Below are positions 51,228-64,000 of a stretch of 64,000 bases of DNA, in pieces (position 1 is the stretch's first letter; the number at the start of each line of letters is the position of its first letter). The stretch lies in assembly GCA_963514005.1 (NCBI GenBank), contig OY740814.1:15004001-15068000 (forward strand). Direction: 5' to 3'. The notes below the pieces were generated by a model. The model saw only the letters and a list, made by a program, of their open reading frames with translations, was not told where the DNA came from and ran no database searches. Source of the stretch: Raja brachyura (lineage: Eukaryota). Made by a program: the position numbers and the translations under genes.

Positions 51228-51665
51228 GAGATGTGCCGAAAGACTGGAGGGTGGCAAATGTTGTGCCTCTATTCAGGAAGGTTCTGCAGGGAAAATGCTG
51301 GGAACTATAGGCCAGCGCGCTTAACATCTGTAGTTGGAAAGTTACTAGAGAGTATTCTGAGGGATAGGATATACAGGCATTTACTGTAGATGGGCAAGGG
51401 TTGATTAGGGATAGTCAGCATGGTTTTGTTCATGGGAGATCATGTCTCACAAATCTGATTGACGTTCTTGAAGACGAGACCAAAAAGGTTGATGAGAGCA
51501 GAGCTGTAGATGTTGTACATGGACTTCAGCAAATTCGACAAGGTTCCGCATGGAAGGCCGCTCAGGAAGGTTAGATCTCATGGATCTAAGGAGAAAGCTG
51601 AATGGATAGAAAATTGGCTTCATAGATGGAAGCAGAGGGTGATGGTGGAAGGTTGCTGCTCAGAC
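51228..51665 (+). mobile_element. CR1 LINE RT fragment
   Basis: GNYRPARLTSVVGKLLESILRDRIY; YMDFSKFDKVPHG..WIENWL..KQRV. Confidence 0.88.
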
Positions 51666-52074
51666 TGGTTGCAAACCTTACAGGGACCCTCCAAATGATG
51701 TCCATCTTGTTGGTGCAGGCCATCATTCGCAGATTCTATCTTGGGCTAAACTTGCTTATTTATAGATATTAAATGTACAAACTAAGCAAATACATATCAC
51801 ATTGTTTACACAATGGCAAACACTTAGCACAACAGACAAAATTAGAGCTGTAGGAAAATTGGCTTTTCCAAAAACATGTCCTTTCTCAAATTTCCCTTGC
51901 AAATTTAACATCCTTCAGAATGTATCTGGATTTGTGAGAATCTTGCCACAGACAAGAATTTAAGGTGGTTTAAAAAGCAAAATCCATACATGTTGATGTA
52001 TTTTGAAACTGCAAACTGCCAAGTAAGATTATTATTTCAGTCATCTAACTGAATCAAATCATAGGTAGACAAAA

Positions 52075-52305
52075 GGTGGAGGAAGGAACTGTAGACACTG
52101 GTTTATACCGAAGATAGGCACAAAATGCTGTTGTAACTCAGCATCTCTGCAGCAGAGGAATAGGTGACGTTTCGGGTCAGAACCATTCTATAGACTGGGT
52201 GTGAAGATGTCTGTAGAAGGGTTCCGACCTGAAATTTCACCTATTCCTTTTCTCCAGAGATGCTGCCTGACCCGCTGAGTTACTCTAGCATTTTGTGTCT
52301 ACCTT
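52075..52305. mobile_element. Older fold-back Penelope-derived element (another at ~52850-52995)
   Basis: GAATAGGTGACGTTTCGGGTC ... GACCTGAAATTTCACCTATTCC inverted arms. Confidence 0.7.
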
Positions 52306-53875
52306 TGGCAGCCAAAGAGGTATTTACTTGTACATATATTTTCTCATTAAACATAGCAGAATTTAAATTTACTCACAAATAATACTTTGAAAGAAACATA
52401 CTAATACACCCTAGGTTATATCGTATAATTATGCTCCTAGGGTAAATTCTATTTGCTTGAAGTTTTCATTTTGAATGAGTTGAGATGTTGCAATTTTTAA
52501 CAGAGTAATTGGCTTGATAGAACAAAGCAAAATGCTAACATTTCCTTAAGGCCACTGACTTAAATTTGATGAACCCCCCACCTCCAGTAATGCACATTAG
52601 CCTTGTTATTATTAAACAGCAGGATTTATTGTATTCGATTTCAGTGCCTACATGTGGGAAAGAGGGTAGAATTCAGAGGAAGTGGTGGAAAGATATCTAT
52701 GAACAAGATGATGTGCTGAAATGATTACATATAACAAAACAAATTGATCATCCTTGATACAGGGTTGATTTTTATCGTTGTATGTGCTGTCTACAGTGAT
52801 ACATAGGTCCAATGGAGAATATAATAAAAATGAATTGGTTGGTTAACACCAAAAATAGGCATAAAGTGCTGAAATAACTCAGCAGGTCAGGTGGTATCTC
52901 TGAAAAAAATGGATAGGTGAGGTTTCAACCCAAAGTGTCACCTATTCATTGTCTCTAGTGTTGCTGCCTGACCCACTGAGTTATTCCAGCATTTAATATC
53001 CAAAGGAGAATAGTTGTTTTCTACTTCACCTTTGCCTAGATACATTTTTCAGAAAAGGCCTGTCAGATGGATGGCACAATTTTGAAGAAGATAAGGATGT
53101 ACCCCCCCTCTTCCTGAACCAATATTATCTCTCAAAGTTACTGAAATACAATATTGTTCTTCAAGCATGTATGCTCTATGCTCTGTGCAAAGAGGCTGAC
53201 TTGTTTTCTTCACTTATACCAGTGACTATATTTCAGAAGAACTTCATTGGCTACAAAGGACTTTGGAATATCCTGAGCTCTCAACAATCTAGAATGCAGA
53301 CATGCCAAGGGGAATTAAATATAAAATAGGGAGGGTATACTTCAGTGTGTATGTATTGTTGTAACCCTATTTGGAGTGCTGCACACAATATTGTTCTCCT
53401 TTGGTAAGGAAGGATGTTAATGCATTTGGATGCAGTTCAGAAATGTTGAACAGTCCACATCATATTCTCAGGTGTTTAAAAAAGTGACAGTGGACTTGAT
53501 TGAAACATAAAAGATTCTGAGGACTTTCAACAAGCATGGATCTGAAGAGACTGCTTCCTTTTATGGAAGCAGATTCCTAATATTCTTCATTAGGTCTGGA
53601 TTGGGATGTGAAATGTTATCTCAGGAAAATGGGAAAGCAGAGTTGAGGATACAATCAGATCTGTCATGATCTTGGTAATTGAGCAGACGAGAGCCAGGTA
53701 GCCTAATCCTCCTCTTATTTTGTATATTCGTAGAAACCTGTTTGATTTTACGAGAAATTAATGAATGTATTTGCCATAGGCATTCAGAGAAATCATTGGC
53801 AGAAAAAAACATGTCAACATGTGCCTGCATTCTCCAACCTACATATGTGCATTACAATAATTTCATCTGTCCTAA

Positions 53876-54135
53876 TGGGTCTGTCCCACTTAGGTGATTT
53901 TTTGAGGCGACTACAGGCGACTGCCGAATATTTTTCAACGTATTGAAAGTTTGTCGGCGACATTGGTGACAATCTGGGCTGTCATAGGTTGTTGTAGGTG
54001 GTGTCGTAGGCTGTCGCCAGGTTAACGTAGGTTGTTGCCATGTGACGGAGGTTGTTGCCGGTGCTGACTTCTGTGAATTCCATTGTCTTAGTTGCTGGCA
54101 GTGGGCTAAAAAATCGCCTAACTGGGACAGGCCCA
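53876..54135. mobile_element. PIF/Harbinger-like MITE
   Basis: TIRs TGGGTCTGTCCCACTTAGGTGATTTTT / AAAAATCGCCTAACTGGGACAGGCCCA; internal GTCGTAGGT-like repeats. Confidence 0.65.
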
Positions 54136-55157
54136 GGATCACAGGGAGTAACAACTGTCAAGGTGAGGCATTATCAAAAAAATATTAGCAGAAGCAGATA
54201 AGAAGCTAGCAAACACAGTGTGAGATCAGATAGCAGATAATAATTCTTGCCGAAATAGTGGCTTGTGAAACTTGTGATTAACCATGCCTTTCTGACACTG
54301 GAAATGACATATACATTCTTTGCATCTGCTAAATACACCATAGTGACTGTGTTCAACCAGTCATGTAAGAGATACCAAAGCTCAGTACATATTTCTGTCA
54401 TTTCCTCTTCTTTTAATATAATACAGCTTTTGAAGTGAAAGCAGGTTTTATTTGGACACTGAGATGCAGAATAATATCTAAATCTGGCATGGACGGAAAA
54501 AAACATGGTATTTGAACCCTACAACATAGGATGTTAGATTACTAATATAAACATTATATTTCAAGATGTCTCATAATTAAGGAAATATTAATTCACAATA
54601 AGGATTAACCCACAAATAAATTGTCTTAAAAAAGAAAGGCTATTCTACTTCCATTATAATGACATATATAATATGCACAGGACTGGAAGGGCTGGGATGG
54701 TTTGACATCATTTCATAACCAAAACAATGCAGCTATGTCAATATGGAGCAGGCGTTGGGACAGATTTAAATGGGAAAATATGGCACTCTGATGGTGATAA
54801 CATTAATTTTACAATAAGTTGAGGTCTACTTGTTAAAAATTATTTTCCCATCTGCTGTCATTTGGCAAGTAATCATTTCTGAGTCAATAGGAAAATTGGA
54901 AATCTTTAGGTTTGAAATCAGTGCATAGTGTTAGGAAATCTTTTTGGTGTTTCCAGAACACTGGTTCTATTTAGTTTTCAATATAGACAGTCCCTGGGTT
55001 ATGACAGTTCCTGGGAACTGTCTGAAAGTTGATTACCCCAAATATCTGTTTTTTTTATAATAGCCCAAATTGTATCTACAGACAGGTGCTAAATTCATTA
55101 ATTTCATTGACTATTCATCCTCACACAACCTATAATTAAATTAATGAAATGTATATA

Positions 55158-56774
55158 CAGTGGCTTGCAAACGTTTTCATACCCCTTGAACTTTTCCACA
55201 TTTTGTCACGTTACAACCTCCAATGTAAATGTATTTTATTGGGATTTTATGTGATAGACCAACACAAAGTGGTGCATAATTGTGAAGTGGAAGGAAAATG
55301 GTACATGGTTTCCAAATTTTATTACAAATAAAACAACTGAAAAGTGTGGCGTGCAAAAGTATTCAGCCTGCCTGAGGCAATACTTTGTAGAACCACCTTT
55401 CGCTGCAATTACAGCTGCAAGTCTTTTTTGGGATATGTCTCTACCAGCTTTGCACATCTAGAGACTGAGATTTTTGCCCATTCTTCTTTGCAAAATAGCT
55501 CAAGCTCAGTCAGATTGGATGGAGAGCGTATGTGAACAGCAATTTTCAAGTCTTGCCAGAGATTCTCAATTGGATTTAGGTCTGGACTTTGACTGGGCCA
55601 TTCCAACACATGAATATGCTTTGATCTAAACCATTCCATTGTAGCTCTAGCTGTATGTTTAGGGTTGTTGTCCTGCTGGAAGGTGAACCTCTGCCCCAGT
55701 CTCAAGTCTTTTGCAGACTAACAGGTTTTCTGCCAAGATTGCCCTGTATTTGGCTCCATCCATCTTCCCATCAACTCTGACCAGCTTCCCTGTCCCTGCT
55801 GAAGAAAAGCATCCCCACAGCATGATGCTGCCACCACCATGTTTCGCAGTGGGGATGGTGTGTTCAGGATGATGTGCAGTGTTAGTTTTCTGCCACACAT
55901 AGCGTTTTGCATTTAGGCCAAAAACTTCAATTTTGGTCTCATCAGAACAGAGCACCTTCCTCCACATGTTTGCTGTGTCCCCCACATGGCTTGTGGCAAA
56001 CTGCAAATGGGACTTCTTATGGCTTTGTTTCAACAATGGCTTTCTTCTTGCCACTCTTACATAAAGGCCCGATTTGTGGAGTGCACGACTAATAGTTGTC
56101 CTGTGGACAGATTCTCCCACCTGAGCTGTGGATCTCTGCAGCTCCTCCAGAGTTACCATGGGCCTCTGGGCTGCTTCTCTGATCAATGCTCTCCTTGCCC
56201 GGCCTGTCCGTTTAGGTGGACAGCCATGTCTTGGTAGGTTTGCAGTTGTGCCGTACTCTTTCCATTTTCGGATGATGGATTGAACAGTGCTCTGTGAGAT
56301 GTTCAAAGCTTGGGATTTTTTTTACAACCTAACCCTTCTTTAAACTTCTCCACAACTTTATCCCTGACCTGTCTGGTGTGTTCCTTGGGCTTCATGATGC
56401 TGTTTGTTCACTAATGTTCTCTAACAAACCTCTGAGGTCTTCACAGAACAGCTGTATTTATACTGAGATTACATTACACACAAGTGGACTCTATTTACAA
56501 ATTTGGTGACTTCTGAAGGCAATTGGTTGCACTGGATTTTATTTAGGGGCATCAGAGTAAAGGGGGCTGAATACTTTTGCACGCCACACTTTTCAGTTTT
56601 TTATTTACAAAAATAGTTGAAAACCATGTATCATTTTTCTTCCACTTCACAATTATGCGCCACTTTGTGTTGGTCTATCACATAAAATCCCAATAAAATA
56701 CATTTACGTTTCTGGTTGTAACGTGACAAAATGTGGAAAAGTTCAAGGGGTATGAAAACTTTTGCAAGTCACTG
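55158..56774 (-). mobile_element. Full-length Tc1/mariner DNA transposon (IR/DR type, 1617 bp)
   Basis: TA TSD at 55156-55157 and 56775-56776; ~210-bp TIRs beginning CAGTGGCTTGCAAA / ending TTTGCAAGTCACTG; inner direct repeat GTGCAAAAGTATTCAGCC. Confidence 0.95.
55375..56395 (-). pseudogene. Tc1 transposase, DD34E, frameshifted
   Basis: MKPKEHTRQVRDKVVEKFK..; [21 protein letters not shown] with 34 residues between D2 and E; frameshifts near 56320, 55710 and 55425. Confidence 0.92.
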
Positions 56775-57774
56775 TATGAACTAATGCAGCAAAACAATCT
56801 TGAAAACTGCTTTAAAAATGTTTGGGAGCATTTGTAGAGAGTAGGATTTGTATGTGAGATCATCTTTAACTTCAGGATACCCTGGGATTTGTATGTGAGA
56901 TAATCTTTAACCTAGGGATACCTAGGGTGGCCTTGGCTTGGAGACCAATGCTCCAAAGCAGAACAGTCTCCAGGTTATTGTAAAGGTTTTGTTCCTGAGA
57001 ATTGTTCATAAACCGCTTTTTCCATGTCTGAAATGAACAATTTCAATAAGGTTGATTATCATGAACATTTATTTATTGCCATACCCTGCATAGTTACAAT
57101 GGTACAGAATCAGAATGTTACACGACTAGTGGCTAGCTTCAGTGGCTTTAAACTGTAAATGGATGTCACATTGTTTGATAAAGTATTTTACAAGATGAAT
57201 AGAAGAGATCGCATTGTCAGTTTCAAAACCACATATCTTAAATTGCCTCCCGCCATGAACTGGCACCTGCATTCTTAACAGACAATGGTCCCTGATTACT
57301 GCAGGAAGGTTACATGTAAACATTTTTTGAAGACTGGTTGTATGTTGAATTAATCATTATTCCATAACTCCTGTAGTTATTTCCATTTTTCTAACCAACT
57401 TTCCTATTCTAAATATTCTTGAAATGTTTATGGGAGAATTTGCGAAAAGTTGGATTTCTGTAAATCGGGTATTCCGTAATCGGGCATCCCTTATAGTTTA
57501 TGGGAAGGAATTCTGAGTGTGACCCCCATTGCCTTTTTGCAGTTGATGGTAGTGATTATCTGGTGCACTTGCTGCAGCTGGAAGAATGGAATGTTGAGTG
57601 AAACCATCACAATGCAGTTCATTATAGGGAATGAAAATTTATAGGGAATGTTGGCTGGGTGTCAGTGACTCCTGCAGTCAATAGAAAGAGGTTGGGTGAG
57701 AATTCAGTACCATCTGTAGATAATAATAGAGAACACCACATGTGGGACCATGCAGTTGATAGTAGGAAATGTCT

Positions 57775-57932
57775 AGTGCTTTCAAGAGAGAGTTAGATAG
57801 CGGAGCTCTTAAAGATAGCGGAGTCAGGGGATATGGCGAGAAGGCAGGAACGGGGTACTGATTATGGATGACAGCCATGACCATATTGAATGGCGGTGCT
57901 GGCTCGAAGGGCCGAATAGCCTACTCCTACAC
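57775..57932 (+). mobile_element. CR1 LINE 3' end
   Basis: GGGGATATGGCGAGAAGGCAGG..GGCTCGAAGGGCCGAATAGCCTACTCC. Confidence 0.85.
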
Positions 57933-58414
57933 CTAGTGTGTATTGCAACACCAGCACACTCTTTAGTAAGTGGAAACAAGTTTGAGTATGTGACCAGTGC
58001 CTCCTCTAATTGATGGTGGGAGATGTAAGGTACAATACCTCTACATCTGATGAAAGGGAAAGTCAAGTCGAAACCAGCAGCCACTACAGTCAATGGACAG
58101 AACATGGAGTGAGCCCAGAGCCCCAGCAGTTGATAGACCATAGGTAGGAGAAGTAGGCTATTTAGTCCCTCATGCTTGGGATGTGTTAAATGAAGAGTTT
58201 CTACCTCATGTCATTTTCTTTATCAATATTCCTATTCCCTCCTTTGTCGTAAGCAAAAATGGAAATATTAGATTTGGACCCTATAGCTAAATAGGTGATA
58301 TAAATTGTGAATACTATTGTTGGGATCTGAGCGCCAATTGCTGCAATACACAATCGGTCTCAAAATACCAAATGGAGAGTGACCTGTTTACTCTCTTTGT
58401 TTAGTTTCTAAAGC

Positions 58415-58830
58415 CAAGGCCTACTGGATTTCCTGGTTGCTAACCATTTCAACTCCTCTCCACATCCACATACCGACCATTTTACTCATTGCCAGAGGGA
58501 GACCACCCACTCACCCACCCACCCACCGACCCCCCCCCCCCCCCCCGTTTTCTCCCCTCTCACTTGCTCCTTCCCTGTGCCCCATCTAGATTCCACCATA
58601 CCCCCCCCCTCCTCTCCCCTCCCCTCCCCTTCTGCTAGTTTCCTGCATCTAGCTCTGCAATTCACAACTCCAACCCTGTTGCAAACCCCATGCATTTATC
58701 TCTGGCCCTTGTTCCAATCATCTGCCTATCAAAATCCCCCCTCACCTGTGTCCATCTATAACCTGCCGTACTTTGCCCTGCCTCTCACCTCTTCTAGCTT
58801 TCTTCTTCCCCGTCCCCCCTCCTCATATCC
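58415..58830 (+). mobile_element. Penelope-like element 3' region with C-rich tracts
   Basis: VANHFNSSPH-like end of a GIY-YIG ORF followed by pyrimidine-rich terminal sequence. Confidence 0.5.
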
Positions 58831-59813
58831 TTAATTATAGATTTTCTACTGCTGACAACAGGTTGACGGATCATTAATCCCTTATTTTCTCTCACTCTCA
58901 TTTCTTAAAGAAAGAGGATCACATTTACTACTCTATAATCTGCAGGAATCATTACAGAGTTTGTCAGATTTTGAAAGATGATAAGCAAAGTTTATATTGT
59001 CTCTCCAGTCATCACTTTCAAACTTTTGCTGTGGATGAGCAGGCCCTTCTTTTTATTTATTTTTTCAAGTTCACTAACTTCTCTGGAATAATTTCTTCAT
59101 TCATATCTGTTTTATTTGCTTATGTGCATGGGACCCTTGGTTCTTTAGGAGATTTGTTTGTAACTATCTTCATGGAAGACACAAAATGTTTGTTAAATTT
59201 CTCTGCCATTTTCTTATTGTCCTTTATAAATTCAGCCTTCCCTGCCAACAAGGTTTCCCTTGTTCTACACATGCTTTGTGGATATAAGTAGATGCTCCTA
59301 CAGTTTATTTTTACATTGAGTGAGAGAACAGTGCCCTTACAGTCGATGGAAGGAATGTCTGGTGACCCCATAATCAATTGAAGTAAAGGTCAGGCAAAAG
59401 AATGGAAGTGCTAGCGGACTATTAATAAATATCCCATGTGGTTTGTAACAGGAGACTGGCACTAATTTTCAGATGATAGCTAATGAGATTATTCGGTCAA
59501 CTGCAGCACCAAAAGGCAATGAGGTGCGTAATGGGAAATGACCAGTGTCTTCTGTAATCAATATAATGGAATGCCACATATGGTATATATGAGAAGCCCT
59601 TATTGTTAATTTCATGACCCCGATACATTTGAATTTCATCCCTATTTGGAAAAATATTTGATTGGTTTGTATCCACCACATATAATCAAGGTGACCCAGC
59701 CAGCCCAATTCGATGCATTGAATCACTTTAAAGAAAAACATTGTACTTGTTAAACTGGAATTAGTCTTACTTATCCAAAAGATCCATAAAATGAAGATAA
59801 GATCGATGTGTTG

Positions 59814-61520
<1,707 letters not shown>

Positions 61521-64000
61521 CTAATACTGCCCTCGATGCACACAAATTGTATATAATGTCCTATCATTTATCTGTGTAGAGCTACAAATTATAGAAATTA
61601 CAGGGTTCCTGGATTAGGGTCTAGGGATCAAGCAGGAAACAAAGACCAGATCAACTATGATCTTACTAAGTAGAAGGGTAGCGTGAGGGAACGGGGCCAC
61701 TTCCACTCCTGTTCTTACGTAGTTTCATTGCTATTTATATACTGTTGGCTGATACTCTAGTACAGTGATTAGGGAGAGCTTAAATGGATGCCTTGTCTAT
61801 TTTCTCAGATGAATGTCTTATAAGGAATGGTCAGATGCCATGCTTGTATCTACAGGAGTTTAGAAAGGTGAAGGGGATATGACAGAAACATTAGATCTTG
61901 AGGAATAAGGACAGGTTGGTGTGAAGAGAGAAAGTATAACTAGGGCTCACTGCTTAATAATAGAAAGTCATTATTTGAGTTAAGGATAAAGTTAATTATT
62001 TTATTTTAGGTGGTCGCAAGTCTTTGAACTCTTTCTCAAGGGAAACCATTCATCACCCAGTTAAGCAACTTCATGAGTCAAAAACCCTCATCTATGATTT
62101 AAAATCTTCCCATTGTCTATATTCTCCTTCAGGTATTCAATCCTCAGGACTTCTCCACTCTCCTCTTGATAATCCCAAATTTAACCCATCCTCCGGTGGC
62201 AGCCAACCCTTTAGCTACTTGGACCTAGAGCGCTGGAATTCCTTCCCTCTCATGCCTCACATTTTACACATTTATTTTAATCTATCACTCAGACCGTCTC
62301 AAACCCACTTGTGCTATATCTCCTGAGAGAGCTTGGTGTCATTTTTTCTTTGATAATAACCTTGTGAGATGACTGGTCTATTAGCCAATTAAAGGCACAA
62401 TATAAATGGAAGTTATTGCCAATAGAAATTCCATTGTTTACCTTGCATAATGACAATAACTACCTACCACAACGCAGAAGGAGAACACACACACACAAAC
62501 AAAATTTGATGGTTTGCCATTTACCTATCGTTAGGGGTCATTTATAAGTGCCAGAATGTCTTTGGGATATGGGAGGAAAATGGAGCGCTGAAAGGAAACC
62601 GACATGGTCACAGGGAGAACATGCAAACTTCACACAGACAGATTGAACCCTGCTTGTTTTAAATCCTGCACTACTGTGCTGACCTTGACAGATGAATGAC
62701 GAGATTTACATACTTATCTTTGAAAGATTCAAACTGAGGACACAAGAAAATTCATTCGTACATTTCTTCTTGGAGTGGTATGTCTGCTGCCGGCTCCCTT
62801 TATTGTTTCTGCCCAATTGGAACTGTCTCTACTGGTTAATCCTGACCTGTGCAGACACTCATTAAATAGAGTTGACAGCCACGGTTACGTAAAATACTAT
62901 TTTCTTCAGCGGTAGGGTAAGCGTCATCGCATTTCAGTGCAACCTAATTATATTAAAACTGTGATCACGTTCAAGTGGATGCAATCAGGTATAAAGCCAC
63001 AGAATATCAGTCAAGTCCCAATGGTTTGGATGAAGCTACTTTCCATGTTTTGGACAGTAGACGGCGCAGTTGTTCATGTGAGCAGCAAGATTAGGGAAAT
63101 AATGCACACGCGTTTGCCCGTTGCCGCTGCTGATGTTGTTGTTCGTAACTCATTCTCAAGTGAGACGGTGACATCTAGTCTCGAAACTTCCTTTCATACA
63201 AGTTGAAGTGGTGGAAGAATGCTAATGTTAGAATATTGAATATTGCACTGTATTGGACCATACCCTTAGAGGGGCATTTTATATACTAAACCCTTTATAG
63301 TATAGTATAACAATGTTGTTGGAAATAGTCAAGTATGCTAGGCAAATCAATTCAGGTGCAGTAAATGTCAACATGCATAATAATCAATCTTAATTTTAAC
63401 CTCTCCAATCGAATTGGAATTAATGTTGTTAGGTTTGAATGAACCAGTTGTGACAGTTTTACTTGTTACAGCCTCTTATTCGCTGGCTCTGTGGATTTCA
63501 GAATTATTGTTCTCATTTATAATCTTTCTGCCTCGCCATTTCTTTAACTCTTGTATAGTAGAATCATAGCACTGTGAAATGATCAAAGGATAACACCAAG
63601 CCATCCAGTCGGCTCGTTACCCTATCATTTCATGGTACCTTGAAATTTACTTTTCCATAAATGATCCGTTTTCCCTCGACTGATTTCCTAAATAATTGAC
63701 TTTTGAAGGCCCTCGGTGCCTGTTTCCTACCGCCCATATAGGCAGCGCGTTCCAGACCAGAACCGCTCACTGCTCACAAATGAATTCCGCCGTCTCTTTA
63801 AATTCGTGTCTCCTGCTCTTTGAACCAGTTGACACTGGGAACAAATTATCTGCATTCGTCCCATGTAAAATAATCATGATATGGCGCACCTCTGTCAGGT
63901 CCCCTCTCAACTTGTCTGAAGATGGGGAACAACAACAGCTTCTCCAGACTAACCTTAGAGCTGAAATCTTTCATCCCAGAGCAGTTGTATCGCCAAATCC

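Noticed and set aside
56844-56922. Two-copy ~40-bp tandem duplication (also short duplications at ~32516-32553 and ~45302-45326)
   Set aside because: Ordinary slippage duplications with no evidence of function

Overview
Eukaryotic genomic DNA from a cartilaginous fish, most likely a skate/ray (inferred from gene orthology plus a repeat landscape of CR1 LINEs, HE1-type V-SINEs and Penelope-derived palindromes). Four vertebrate genes were reconstructed by hand with phase-consistent splice sites: the last coding exon of ZWILCH (+, 410-504); complete LCTL/gamma-Klotho (-, 13 coding exons, 29963->2491, 566 aa); SNAPC5 (-, 3 coding exons, 106 aa, CpG promoter at ~42.3 kb); and single-coding-exon ANKRD34C (-, 536 aa). 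Main highlights: (1) a hidden alternative terminal LCTL exon (4511-4584) that swaps the transmembrane anchor for a KDEL-like ...WPVHDEV* tail; (2) a probable ZWILCH 3' UTR exon lying antisense across the competing TM exon; (3) a young family of short, TSD-flanked, fold-back Penelope-derived elements carrying a minimal hammerhead-ribozyme core; (4) non-autonomous Helitrons, including a head-to-tail tandem with nested insertions; (5) a full-length IR/DR Tc1 (DD34E) copy. Most short ORFs in the supplied track are repeat-derived or spurious. Gene and family names come from recalled homology, not from database searches.
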